Shown here: positions 38,257 to 51,012 of the stretch, piece by piece
Layout: the number at the start of each line of letters is the position of its first letter
Position numbering within the stretch: the first letter of the stretch is position 1
Program-made: the position numbers and the translations under genes
Assembly (NCBI GenBank): GCA_965603825.1
Contig: CBFDEM010000035.1
Coordinates: 716,131 to 780,130, forward strand
Reading direction: 5' to 3'
DNA: 64,000 bases
Origin: Blepharisma stoltei ATCC 30299
Lineage: Eukaryota; Protista; Ciliophora
The notes under the pieces: model-generated
What the model was told of the DNA's origin: nothing
The model's database searches: none
What the model saw: the letters and a program-made list of their open reading frames with translations, nothing else

Positions 38257-38991
38257 ACAGAAGGGTTCGCGTCATTGATTCAATTATCTAGAACCCCCCC
38301 AATTCCACAATTATTTGCTGTTCTGTCTATTATGAACACCACTCAAGGCATAGAGAATCCCTTGAGAACTTTAATTTCCAGCTTAAACAAAACCTTTAAA
38401 GATGTAATTTTTAAATAGTTTCATATAAAAAAAAACCATGATGCTAAAGAGTTATTTACAGTTCTTATTGGCGAAATAGAAGAAAATATCACAAATCTCT
38501 TTTGTATAGTAGTGCATAAAACTCTGCATTGCCATCATAATGAGAGATATAGCATTGACCATGCAGAAGAAATAACCGAGAAATTCCTGTTTTTATGTGT
38601 ACCATATGGTGATGTTGAAAGCTATTTTATAAGGCTAGGAGAAGATCAATGATTTGAAGGGGAAAATTCTTTAAGGTGTAAACGCTCAAATACCTTAAAA
38701 AGAGCTAGAATTTCGACTAATAAAATAGACTTTCCATCGAATTTGGCAATTTATGTGCCGCCATCAGAATCGAGGAATGAAAATATTAAGACGAGTTTTA
38801 TTCAAGAAGATAATCTATATCTCCTTTATGGAGTCATTGCGTACAATCCTTATATTCTTCATTATTTTAGTTATGTTTTGATCGAAAATAACTGGATAAA
38901 ATTCGATGATGAAACTGTTACTTATGAAGCGCCAAGGCTTGATTTTGCTTACCTGTTGTTTTATAAAGCCACCTTTCTGCTAGCTGATTAA
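38257..38991 (+). pseudogene. USP (C19) deubiquitinase fragment lacking the Cys box (USP-1; intron 38404-38418)
   Basis: Starts at TEGF just after the missing Cys box; HDAKELF, LYGVIAY..HYFSY..WIKFDD..AYLLFY; the rest of the frame is open. Confidence 0.8.
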
Positions 38992-39124
38992 TTCAAATAA
39001 TAATTAATCTATTCTGAGAATTTTAAAATCTGATAAAAAAAGTTAATATATTATTTAAAAAAGCATTGGGACGGAAAACCTGTGAATTCAATATAAGTAG
39101 TTAAATTTATAGAGTTATTATTAC

Positions 39125-40621
39125 CTAATTTCTTTTATAAAATAGCATATAAGCGTTATCAAAGTCAGGGTCTTCATATGATACTGATATATCATTATAT
39201 TTTTCTCATTCTCCTTCTGTATTTATTGTATATGCAATATAATGGCCATAAGTGCTCACTCCATAATAGCAAATTATGCCATACAAGCAATAACTTACAT
39301 TATTGAGCTCTATTTCCCTAAATTCCTTAAATTCCCTCCTTATGCTCATCAAGCTGCTAGTTCTTTTTGGCATATAAAATGCTAAATTTAAGTGGCATTT
39401 TATCTCCAAAACATTTAATGTCGTATCTGCTAATCTCTCACAGTTTTGGCAGTAAAGCTGATTTTGATTGATATATTTCTTAGGCAACCTTTTATCATCA
39501 AAGTATTTTTTAATGTTTAAATAATGCGGAGGAACAGTCATAAACAGCTCTGTTTCGCAATTATAGCTCTTATGAAGATGAGTGTTATGGCATTCGAACA
39601 TTTGATCAATATAGACTTCAAAAAAATGATTTTGAGGGTTTAATTCATTACAAAATGAAATAATTTGGACGAATAGCTCCTTTGCATCATTTTGCCCGTA
39701 TCCTAAAAACTGCATATAAATTACCATAGGAAAATTCTGCCCAAGATCAGTTTTAAAAGTTTCTGCATTTCTCTCAACGCTATTGGCTGAACGGTATTTT
39801 ATTGAATTTAATAATTTGTTGAGAGATATTTCTAGAGAGGTTTGCAGTGAAAGATTTTCTGAAAACCCTGGAGTTGAAGCTAAAATTTGTAGAACAGAAT
39901 TCAAGTAGCAAGTGTTTCCGATATTCGGGATTCCAATTTTTGAAAAATATCCTAATGGTCTTCTTTTTCTAATTTTTTCTTCTGAAGAATATTCTTCATT
40001 AGCTCGTTTTTTTGGTACTTTTTCTTTGATTTCGCTCTCATACTTAAAACATAAAAACGACACTTGAAGTTCTGGGGGAAATTTTTCAAGTTTACTTATG
40101 TTAAGTGAACAATTTAATTGAGATCAGTTGCCCTTGTCTTTGAAAAAAAGCTTTTTTGAAGGAAATGATATTGCAGACACCAAAGAATATTGATAATTCT
40201 GAATAGTGATTTCATTTTTGATGCTTAGCTGGGATTTTTTAGATGAGATGAATAAGAGATCATATTTTTTATTGATGTCTTTCTTTATTTCTTCCTCTTG
40301 CTTATAAGAATCATCAGGGAGGCAAACTCATAATTTAGCAATATCTTCAATCTGTCCGCTGCTCGTAAAAAAAATCTTTATAAAATGCTTCAAATAGCTA
40401 AATCAATCAAACAATCGCAAGTTAAAATATTTAAAAAACATTTTCTTAAAAATTTCATTATCCTGATTTCCCTCATCTAATTCCTTAAATAAATTTTGCA
40501 AAGCAATCATCCAATTACAGGTTGATGAAATTTTTTGTAAAAATGAGTATTCCTTGTTTAAATTGTGGAAAAAGTAGAGATTAGACTTAAAATTCCAATA
40601 TTGATCGTTATGTGCTTTCAT
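39125..40621 (-). CDS. USP deubiquitinase with a degenerate N-terminal domain (USP-2; intron 39710-39724; UGA=Trp)
   Basis: GIPNIGNTCYLNSVLQ, QNDAKEL, GHYIAY, W(TGA)EKYND, AYMLFY; continuous frame from ATG 40621. Confidence 0.85.
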
Positions 40622-40705
40622 TTTTATTTGTAGATTCAAAACTTTTAATAGCTTAAGTTAGCAAAAGCTCTTTTGATATGAATTATAAAGAAATTTATAT
40701 TTTAG

Positions 40706-41251
40706 TTAATTTTCGGATTTTATAAAACCTCCAACCATTTGCTTCATAACTTTAATGGTAGAGTTATTACCAATTCCTAATGTTTGCAGGTCTATTTCAC
40801 CATTGCTGGTTAGAGAAAGGTACTTATTTCCTTTTATAATTGTCAATTCTTGGTTTCCAAAAATCTGCAAGAATCTTTCATAGAGGTGCTTAAATTGCAG
40901 ATTTGGAGGAACTTGAATTGTCCTTTTAGTTCCTTCATTGTCTTCAATGACTATAGAAATTTGCTGAGGAGCTTGCACTGGAGGCTGTTCAGGAGCAGGT
41001 GGGTTGGGGTTTTGAGGCCTTTGAACACTAACAACGCGGATAACTGAATTATTGGTGATATTTAGTTGCTGCAGTGTGAGGTTTTGGGAGTTCGGACCGA
41101 TGTATTTATTTCCATACATGACTGTGAGTTCGGTTCCACCAAACATAGTCTGCAGATGTCTAAGAAGCTCAGAATATTGCCAATCACTCTTGCCTTGCAG
41201 AATTTTTGTTGTTCCGGTAGCATCTTCGATTCTTAAAGTAAGATTTGACAT
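40706..41251 (-). CDS. Tandem di-ubiquitin-like protein UBL-1, C-terminal VGG + 6-aa tail
   Basis: Two internally homologous ~72-aa beta-grasp-like units (LRIEDATG..TLQQLNITNNSVIRVV and IVIEDNEG..DLQTLGIGNNSTIKVM) with a Pro/Gln linker; ends KQMVGG-FIKSEN. Confidence 0.8.
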   Translation of the reverse strand: MSNLTLRIEDATGTTKILQGKSDWQYSELLRHLQTMFGGTELTVMYGNKYIGPNSQNLTLQQLNITNNSVIRVVSVQRPQNPNPPAPEQPPVQAPQQISIVIEDNEGTKRTIQVPPNLQFKHLYERFLQIFGNQELTIIKGNKYLSLTSNGEIDLQTLGIGNNSTIKVMKQMVGGFIKSEN

Positions 41252-41509
41252 ATTTTATAGAAACATGCACAATGGAAAATTAATAAAATTCATAAATTTA
41301 AGAGTTTTAAGAAAGCTATTTGCGGAATTTCAAAAAAATTAGTAACTTATAAGCGAATTTGGCTAGTTTTACTAATAGCATATTTTAACTACTCAGCTGC
41401 TTAAAGTTCAATTGTAATAAACTCGTTACTGAAATATAGAAACTAAGCCAAATTTCAATTCATAGGAATAAATGTGTTTCTATCTAATCAAAAATTATTA
41501 TTAAAAATT

Positions 41510-42180
41510 AGTTTATATTTCTGTAAGACACCAAATAAAGGAGATTCCAATCAGGACTTCATCAATTGACCACTTAATCGTTAAATTCCTACCATAAGCC
41601 TTTTTTATCATCTTTAGCAAACGCTATAAAATGGTTTCCATAATAGAATATCGCTCCAAATATATTATATCTGAACGCTTCACCACTGCAGCATACTTAA
41701 TGACTCAGACAAATTTTTAGTAATCCCTCCAAATTTTTATAGCAATATTGAAGAATACCTTCGAAGCTACAAAACCCAGCAATATTCAGAAGCAATGATT
41801 TATTAAAATGTAACTTATGCGGCTCAAATTCGATTTCCATGATGAATGAGTCCTTATAAACAAGCCAACTTACTTGATATTGTCATTTCAAGGCATAGAT
41901 GCTATAGTCAGACTTCCTAAAAGTTTGGATTTTGAAGAAATCGGTGCTCTCTGTTTGAGTTGTGTCTTATACAGTTCATGGGTCTTCTGGGCATTATACA
42001 ACATACACAAAAGAAAATTACTCATCAATACATTATAATGATAAGCATATGCAAATATTGATTTTCAGAATGGAATTCCTAGGGTTTATTTAGTTTTTTA
42101 TTTGCTGAATTCTTTGGTTTCTTACTAAAAGCACTGCTGCATATGTATATTTAAGCGAGCATTGTCCAAATATTGGAGCT
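41510..42180 (-). pseudogene. Heavily decayed USP (USP-3)
   Basis: His-box relic YNIFGAIFYYGNHFIAFAKD..W*EFND..LYLVSY with stops; upstream part barely alignable. Confidence 0.6.
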
Positions 42181-42220
42181 TTATTAATTATTAATAGTAA
42201 ATCTTGTTTCCTAAATGTTT

Positions 42221-42673
42221 TTATCCAAATGCATCTCTAAATGTTCTTTCTCTTGCTATATTGAATCATTCTTCTCTGCTTATTAAGCAAATATCAGCTG
42301 CCTCACACATAAATCCATGCTCTGGCTCAGGCCTGTTCAGTAATTCGATGAGATAGTCAATGATAACCCTGGGATGGCAGTTTGGGTTTCACATATGGTT
42401 AAGCAGAGAATGACAAACTCTTCCATTGCTAGGGAAAATATTTGGATGGAATATGGGTGTCTGAAAATATACTTTGGGAGGCTTGCTTGGGTATTTTTTG
42501 GAAAATTTTATTAAAAATTCAAAAAGACCGCCTTCAAAAGCAGTGCCTTCAGGCCCATTGAGATTTCCGAGTCATTCATAGTAGTCTCCCTGGTGAGTAT
42601 TCACAGAAACAAAAGGCTGAGGATTTGCTTGCAAATCATTCAGTTCAGTCATAAGTCGTTGCAACGCTGCCAT
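42221..42673 (-). CDS. Ubiquitin-conjugating enzyme E2-1 (150 aa; 3 UGA=Trp; absent from the ORF track)
   Basis: [67 protein letters not shown]. Confidence 0.9.
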
Positions 42674-43239
42674 ATCAAGCTTATAAATTGTAATTCTACA
42701 AAAGTTAATAGCTTTAAAGAAGTAAAAAAGTAATCTTTTAAATTTTCGTTAAACTATAATTATAAATTACCCCATTCCTTGCTCTAAAGTATATTTTATA
42801 GCTTAAAAATTTCTGCTTATAGATAGTTATTTCCTTGATGTATGCTCACAGGCAAGAAGCTTAGGATTACCTTCCAAAAACTTAGTTCAGGTATGGTTTA
42901 TATTATTCTGATCAATTAAAAGAAAAATGCTATATCATTTTTCCTCCTTGCATATATCCATTCTATAGAATCTCTTAGTAAAAGTAATAATCATGATTAC
43001 ACAAGCCTGAACTCTTATTTATAAGTTGTCACCATAGAAAAGCATGGCGATTTTATCCAACTTTTAAATATCAATATAGCAACTACGTATTATGGCTAAA
43101 TTTAAAGTTTATTTTATAGTTTATTCTGGATTAAAGGCCCATTTGTATATCATTAACTTAGCCCTAATAACTCTAAGCTTGGCTACAACTAATCAAAATT
43201 TTATTTATAAGTCAATTTGCATTCAATAGATTTATAAGT

Positions 43240-43719
43240 TTATCCCATAGCGTGTCTATACGTATGCTCTCTTGCCTTCGCTATAAATTCATCTTTACTT
43301 CTTTTAAGGACAGTGGTTGGGTCATGGGCATACCCACCAGCTGCATTTGGGTCATTTAATAAAGCAATTATATAGCTTATAATGGTCTTTGGAGTAAATC
43401 TACTATTCCACCCACCGCCCACGCCACCACGAAAAATCGGCAAGCAAACATTTCCATTTCCATTTCCACTGTCTGAATAAACATTTGGATGAAAAATAGG
43501 AGTAATAAATTTGCACGTAGGAGGGTTAGTTGGATAATCAGCAGGGAAATTTAGCTGAAATTCGAAAAGTCCTCCTTCATATGGAGTTCCAGGCGGGCCA
43601 TTGAGAGTTCCCTTCCAAAGTCTGAAATTGTTTCCATCAATATCAGCTGTCGCATAAGGTAAAGGATCAGATCTCATCTCATTCAAGTCTCTCATAAGTC
43701 TTTCGGTTGCGCTGTCCAT
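43240..43719 (-). CDS. Ubiquitin-conjugating enzyme E2-2
   Basis: GPPGTPYEGG, FPADYPTNPP, FHPNV..GNVCL; Gly-rich inserts around the active-site Cys. Confidence 0.95.
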   Translation of the reverse strand: MDSATERLMRDLNEMRSDPLPYATADIDGNNFRLWKGTLNGPPGTPYEGGLFEFQLNFPADYPTNPPTCKFITPIFHPNVYSDSGNGNGNVCLPIFRGGVGGGWNSRFTPKTIISYIIALLNDPNAAGGYAHDPTTVLKRSKDEFIAKAREHTYRHAMG

Positions 43720-44298
43720 TTTTAATTATTAAGATTCTATAATTTTTTGAGGTTTTGTGCTATGATAGATTGATTTTATTTTATTTCATTATATAAATTA
43801 TAGATATCTAGCAATTCTTTGATTGAAACTCTTGCAGAAGAAAATTCAGATGCAGAGAATTTCTTTAGGATTGCTAAATACCAAAAAATAATATGCAGCA
43901 TGAACGATTATGAAGAAAACCTTGAGACTTCTTATTTTCTTCTTTATTAATTTTCTGGAAATTTTGGTTATTTCTGTGATCGAATGACAGAGCTATTCAA
44001 TAGCAGCTCCCTCTGTCTATAGAGACACAAATAATTAGTTAAAATTCATAATTCTATAAATTTCGCCCTATTGAATATATAAAAATGCAGCAAGAAGAAA
44101 AAGCTTTTAAAATTTTGATTCAGCTGTTGAAATGATATAAATAATTGAGAATTTATAAAAATTACAAAATGCGAGATATTACTTTATAAATGCAAATTAA
44201 ATAATAACAAATAAAACCTTTAATGAAATTAAAAATTATTTATTCAATTAAATCAAAAATTTATTTATGACATATTATCCATCTATAATTTATAGAAT

Positions 44299-44862
44299 AT
44301 GCAGGGCAACGACAACTCAATGGTAACTATAACTTTAATCGACATCGATGGTCGGCCAGCAGAAAAAGAGATAAATCTTAATTGAACCTTCTCTTTATTG
44401 GCAAGACCTCTATTAAACGAATATGAAGCAGATAATCAAAGTCTCGCTCTGAATAATGGAACACTTTTAAGGTTGGTAGATCATCAAAGCGAAAAACTTC
44501 GTGACTTAGGATTTGAGGGCGAAAAAGTAGTAAAAATAATGCATGCAAAAAAAGGCTGTCCAGATATATCAGTTCGCGTTGAAAATTTGATAAACTCATC
44601 AAAATTTAGTGTTATGGTAAACCCTTTATCAAAATGTTTTGATGTCTGCCAAATGCTTGAAACCAGGACTGGATTACGTCTATTAAATAATAGAGAAGCT
44701 TCTGTTATGGTGAAATCCGTTTATTTGAATTTTGAAAACAATTATTATAAAACGCTGAGAGATTTAAAAATAAAGCACAATGAAAGTTTGAATATCTTGA
44801 AATTTGAGCGTGGAGGTCTTTATTGTGCAAAACGAATCAATTATTATAAAGCACCAAATTAA
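44299..44862 (+). CDS. Tandem di-ubiquitin-like protein UBL-2, C-terminal RGG + 14-aa tail (1 UGA=Trp)
   Basis: MQGNDNSMVTITLIDIDG..NWTFSLL..KLRDLGFEGEKVVKIMHAKKGC, then ISVRVEN..KTLRDLKIKHNESLNILKFERGG-LYCAKRINYYKAPN. Confidence 0.75.
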
Positions 44863-44929
44863 ATGAAAAGAGAGTCGAATTGAATAATGATTAAACTTTT
44901 AGTAATTTTCTGATATATTTCTTATAAAA

Positions 44930-45628
44930 TTCATGCTGAGTCTCAAAAATATGCCAAAAACATATATTTTAATTGTTTTCTTATTTAATTTCATGTATTA
45001 AGAAATTTTTGACCCAAGCATACAGTCTATTTTTCTTATTCCAAGCTTATTACGAATGCCTCTCTCTAACTTTTAAAAAGTATCAGTCTTTTTGGTATCA
45101 AAAACACGAACTTCTTCATTAAATCAAACATAATTCTTATTTCATCCTTAAGCACTCTCAGAGTAGCCGAACTAGTAAATCTAAAGCTTTTAAAGAAAAA
45201 TTTCCTTGTGTTGCCAAATCTAGTCTCTTTTTGTAATCTCTGATAGTTTCTTCTTTCTAAATTCGATGTCTTGGTTAATTTTAAATTTAGTTTTCATTAA
45301 ATTAGTGAACTCAGAAAGCTTCATATTGCTACTTCTTATTTCAAGAAATTTCTTCTATCTCCATATACTACAGAGATATGCAAATCAGGGATAATTTTGA
45401 CCTCTAAGCAGCTGCTGTTCATGATTTTAAATCAAAGAGAGATTTTTCGCCATCAAGGTTGAAATTGAGGTAGGTTGCATTTTTGAGATTAGTGAGGATT
45501 TTGAGATCATTAGTCAGGGAAAGGGCAGCTTGTATATTGTAATAGAGCTCAAAAAATATCATACTGGCTGAGGCTTTAACTACAAAGTTTTCTCCTCCAA
45601 TTACATGAATTCTAATCCTTATGGACAT
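44930..45628 (-). pseudogene. Multi-UBL gene relic UBL-3
   Basis: First unit MSIRIRIHVIGG..YLNFNLDGEKSLFDLK resembles UBL-2 (YLNFENN..TLRDLK); frameshift at ~45425, then further decayed units with stops. Confidence 0.55.
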
Positions 45629-46566
45629 TTTATCGCTAAATCTATAAATTTTTATTAAATATGAAATTTTGCTTTTTATATATTTTATTATAAAAATTTT
45701 AGACCTAATAAGGAGATCTGTTAATTAGAATTTTATAGCAGCTTGCAAAGATCACAAACTGGAAGAGAATGTAGTAATTTATATCTAATTTCTTGTTAAA
45801 TTTTGCTATCTCAAGAGATGTAATGAATTTTTATATATATTATATCCTGAATGAGGGATTTTTATTTGCTATCTTGATTATTTCTTCTACTTTAAGTGGA
45901 AATATTTATCTTTTCGCATAACCTGTAGAGTGCAGAGAACAATTTGTCTTGAATAAATAAATATAGAGAATTTGCCAAATTACTCTTGCAGGTTTAAATT
46001 TCAAATAATATAATTAGCATACGATATAGCTCGCTATCAACTGCTAATTCAAGTTTTGGTAAATGATTGAGTTTATAGTGGCTTAGCTATAATTTATAAT
46101 CTAAGCTCTTCAGCATTATCATTTATGGCTAAAAATATCTTCAAAATATCATATTTTTAACCTGAATAAATTTCTTTATTAGAGAAATAAAATATTTCAT
46201 ATTTTCGACTTAATTTTTTAAACTACTGCAAGTATATGATGCATCAGATTTAAATACTTATTTCATAAAACAAGAATAATTTCTTCATGATTATTATTTA
46301 ATTACAAAATTCAAATAAAAAGCTAGATTAGAAAATGCCTAAAATTTATAAATTGCTTAAAGCAGCAATGAATATAAATTTTTTCTTTATAGAAATTACC
46401 TTTCATATCCATATAATCTTATATGTATTTTATCACTTTATATAAATATTTTGGAAATAAAAGATAGATCTTCAATGAAATTTTGGGTTCTCATTGTAAG
46501 CTTATTAAGAAAATATAATAAAATCTCAAAATTAGATATTTTAATAATTTAATAACATCTGTAGAA

Positions 46567-47018
46567 ATGGAAAGACTTCAAGCTGAGCTTAACGCAATTC
46601 AATTGGAAAGTCATTCAGAATACTCTTTGAAATAGTTAATAACAATTTTTTCCACTGGAAAGGCACTCTTCAAGGGCCTCAAGACACTCCTTACCAAAAT
46701 GGAAAATTTAGGTTCGAAATTGTTTTCCTCAAAATTACCCTGCATCACCTCCTGATTTTTTTCAAAACAAAGATTTTTCATCCCAATATATACGAAGTCA
46801 ACGGAGAAACTTGTGTGAGGGTTCTAAATATTTCTTATAATAGAAATATCCCAGCTAGAATTATTATTGCTTATGTATTTGATCTGCTGGCCAATCCTAA
46901 TTCTGATGCAGGGTATGTCCAAGATTCAACTCATGCTTATTTGTATAATAGGCCAGGATATACATCTATGGCTACTGAGTGTTCGATCCTCCTTATCTTA
47001 AGAAGAAAAAGCTTATAA
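46567..47018 (+). pseudogene. E2 pseudogene (E2-3)
   Basis: MERLQAEL, HWKGTLQGPQDTPYQNG, IFHPNIYEVNGETCV, PNSDAGY; several 1-nt frameshifts. Confidence 0.85.
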
Positions 47019-47245
47019 TAGAAGTATATTTTTAAGGATTTTATAAAAATTATTTTTAATAATAAAAAAATTTTCTAAATAGGACTACATTGCATTTTTA
47101 GAAATTGTAATATTTTCCTGCTGAAGTTTTATCTTAAACTCAATAATCATTTTCCAAGAATTTAAACAAACTTTGCAAAGACATAATAATTCATTATTTG
47201 CTTAATGATAAATTTCCTAACCAAATCCAATTTAAAAATCCAAAA

Positions 47246-49138
47246 TTAATTTTTATTTTTATAGAAAAGCATATAAGCGCATCTAAAATTCGGCTTATCA
47301 GCAAAAGAAACCATCGAATCGTTATACTCAACTCATGAATTTTCAGCCTCACAATAAGTATAAGCAAAATAGTGCCCAGACAAATTGGTCCCAATATGAC
47401 AGATAACTCCATAAAGTCTATAATTGTTGTTTTCAATTGTTATATTGTCTTCTGGAATAAAAGAGGTTGGTGCCGGAGTCAAATAGAAAACTAAATTAGC
47501 TCGGGTCTCAATAGAAGTTGTCTCAATTGTCATATCTCTCAAGCAGTCACATTTGTCACAATAAAGAGCATTCGCACCTTGAAATCTCTCTGGATTCTTT
47601 AATCCATCTATATAGCTTTGGATACTCCTTATCCTATTTGTAGGTACCACAAAAAACGAGGAGCTTTCTTCTGGAGAGCCTGCATCATGCCCTCTACAAA
47701 TAAACCTTTTAACTCTTTTTATCAAAAACAAGTCGAAATTAGGCTTTTCGTCAGCGACTTTTGAGATGATAATTTGGAAAAGCTCTTTAGAGTCATTTTG
47801 GGTGCATCCTTGGAACTAAATAAAGGCTACCATTGAGAATTCTGAGCTTAATTCATTTTTGAATTGGGAAATAGCAGAGGCTAAATTGCCTGATTTTGAT
47901 TTCATTAGCTTAAAGATATTAGAAAGATATGTGAAAAAAGGTTGATTTATCCAGGCTACTATACCTTCAAAACCTTCAGTGCTAACTAGAATTTGCAATA
48001 CAGAATTCATATAGCAAGTATTTCCAATATTAGGTAGGCCGCTATTGCAGTTCGCCAGAGATTTAGGTTTTGGGGTACACACGATGCCATATGCGTAAGA
48101 ATTATCAGTTCTTTTGATATCATATGCCGCATTATAGGGGTGAACTATGTTTTTTCTATCATCTTCAAAGCGATTTCTTCGACTTCTCTCATTTCCGATT
48201 TCGCTAATATTGCTCCCAATCGACTTTTGGACAATACTCTCCGTCTTATTCTCTTTTGAAGCTTGGAAATTTTGTAAACTTCAAGCAGGCACAGGATTTG
48301 CTTGAGAGTTCTGATATTTGTCTTCTCGGTAATGCAGGTCCTTATTTCTTCCCCAATTATCTTGAACTGGGCTAGGACTTTTGTAAATACTATAGATAGC
48401 ATCATACTGAGAATTCTGAGGATTCTTTACATGATCGAAGTTTTGATTTTCGCTCTTTGGTACTCTATTAAGATTACGGCTTTGTCTCTCATCTTGATCT
48501 TGGGTTTTATTTCCAAATGTATAACTTACGTCATAATGTCTTTTATCTGTATAATGAACATTTAAATTAGTATCTTTTAGCGCTACATCTCGGGTGACCC
48601 TTGAATTGATCTTAATATTTTGGTTTGTAATTTTTAATTTTTCTTCGTTCTGGTTTGGCTTTTGTTGAGGTGCTTGAATAGTCTTTGAAGATCCAGAACT
48701 TTGTTTTGGTTCTTGTGGCTTTGATGGCGTGCTTACAACTTTGCTAATTCCACTTCGACTTTCAGGCTTGCTTACGCCAGCATTGCTAGAATTTCTTGAG
48801 TTTGCATTAGATGACAATTTATTGCTATAGATGATACTTCTTGCTTTATCTTCATTTCCTTTTTTCCCTGAACTTTGACTTAGTTCTTGCGGTTTTGGTG
48901 GCGTGCTTAAAACTCTGTTATTTCCACTTCGACTTTCAGGCTTGCCTAAACCAGTATTGCTTGAATTTCTTAAGTTTGCATTAGTTGACAATTTGTTGCT
49001 ATATGAGATACTTCTTGCTTCACCTTCATTTATTTTTTTCTCTGTTATAGATTGGGTTTTTGGATTAATTGGTCTTCTTGGAATATCAGCATTCAAATAA
49101 TTATGATTGCCTTTGACCGGACCTGGAAATTTTCTCAT
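47246..49138 (-). CDS. USP deubiquitinase with a long S/N/K-rich disordered N-terminus (USP-4; intron 47816-47830; UGA=Trp)
   Basis: GLPNIGNTCYMNSVLQ, QNDSKEL, CDKC, GHYFAY, W(TGA)VEYND, AYMLFY; three track ORFs join in frame. Confidence 0.85.
48708..49030 (-). repeat. 174-bp-period internal tandem duplication in the USP-4 N-terminus
   Basis: ARSISYSNKLSTNANLRNSSN..KPESRSG..STPPKPQE occurs twice. Confidence 0.85.
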
Positions 49139-49999
49139 TTCTATAAATTAAGGTTACCGGAAAAATAAGTTACAAGATTTAATTAGAATAATTCCTATAA
49201 CTATTGAAGCAATTATTTTATATCAATAAGATAAAAAATTATATCTAGTAAACTAAGTCTAAAATTACTTTGTGAATATTTATCAAATCAAATTTCAACT
49301 TTGCTTTTCAAAATAAAATTATAGATTTAAATATCTCCAAGTCATTAATATGAATTATTATATAATTGATCACTAGCTTTATGCTTTTAGCTAAATAAAT
49401 ATCCTTCTAATACAAATGTGCTCTTTTAATATGATAGCCTAAAATTCACTTAGACTATCTGTGCTGCCAATACAAGGGATCAAGGTATAAAGGAACTCTG
49501 AGCTTCAAGTAATTTGATGTGCTATTCTACCTAAATTTTAATATAGAAACTGCTGATAATTTTTTTAGATTATGCTCAACTTTAGCATAACTGATTAATT
49601 CAAATTCTTTTTCATTAGTTTGAGGTTACACCAGCTAAGATCATATCTATTGTCAGTGATTTAATCAGTAGTAAATTTGATTCTATAAATTTAACATATT
49701 TTTCAACGCTAAAAGATAGTTTAAATGTTTAGAAAGATTTTAGAAGAATTTTTGATCTTCCAAGTCTTAAACTGAATATGCTAAGAAAATTCGTCCTCTA
49801 TTTCAAATTCATCTTGATAAAAGCAAATACTGATGATCTTTTATAGATTAAGCTACTGTAAATATGCATCAGAATAAAGTAATAACTTTCTTTGCAATTA
49901 TTAAAAGAAAATATAAAATTTATTCTAGATATTTGTTGGCCTCAAGCATAAAATATTTAAAATTTAATTCTACAAATTCAAGTATGAAAAACATAGAGA

Positions 50000-50938
50000 A
50001 TGATGATATTAAATTTTCTTAGGAAGATTTTTGGCTACTTTTTCGATTCTCCAAGGCCTATAATAAGTATACAAAATTTACCAACTCTAAGTATTGTTCC
50101 TGAAAAAAAGCTAGTATTTCCTATTTGAGCATCCCAGCCAGATGGCATAAAATCTCATAAACAGGGACTCCCTAATGTTGGGAATACCTGTTATTTAAAT
50201 GCTCTTCTACAAGTATTATCAAGCACTCCAGATTTTGTTCAAAAATTACCTTCAAATTCAAAAATATGTGTTTCACTGTCAAGAGTTATATCATGAGTCC
50301 AACAGAAAGGCAGACTTTCAATTTTCGCTGAAATAAAAAAGCTTCAGCTATATTTATTTCAAGAATTCCGCATGGTAATAAATACGTAGTTTAACGAGCA
50401 CTCAGAAAATGACCCAAAAGAGCTTTACTTATCATTAATGGGCCTTTTGCCAGATTCAAGCGATTTCTCTATAATTTTATATAAGAAAATTCTATGCAAA
50501 CTATGCCACAATTTTTCAAATTTAGAAGAGCCATCTCTCTTTTGCATTCTAAAAAATCCATCAAAAAAAGAAATTGAAGAGAAATTAAAAAATCTCGAAG
50601 AAGAAAAAGAGTATAAAGGGGGAAATTTATTGTATTGTGAAAATTGCTCGGCAAACAGGGAAATGGTAATGAGCACCTTTGGCATAAATATACCAAACAT
50701 TTTTGTATTTTATATTGGGAATGTGTTGGGCAAAAGAGCTCAAGGAGCTTATAATTTCTTTTATTGTGGTGATAAATTTGAGCTATATGGGGTAATATGC
50801 TATTATAATAGTGGGTGTAGGCATTATATTGCATATACATTAGATAATGCAGAGTGAATGCAATATAATGATGACCATATTAGCTACTCATCACCTGATT
50901 TTGAGCATGCTTATATGTTATTTTACAAAAAGACATAG
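50000..50938 (+). CDS. Minimal USP deubiquitinase (USP-5; intron 50375-50389; UGA=Trp)
   Basis: GLPNVGNTCYLNALLQ, ENDPKEL, CENC, RHYIAY, W(TGA)MQYND, AYMLFY; start codon uncertain. Confidence 0.75.
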
Positions 50939-51012
50939 CAAGCTAAATATACCTATTTATTATTTTAAAATAAAGTGATAATTGTAGAATGTATAAAAAT
51001 ATCCTTAATAAA

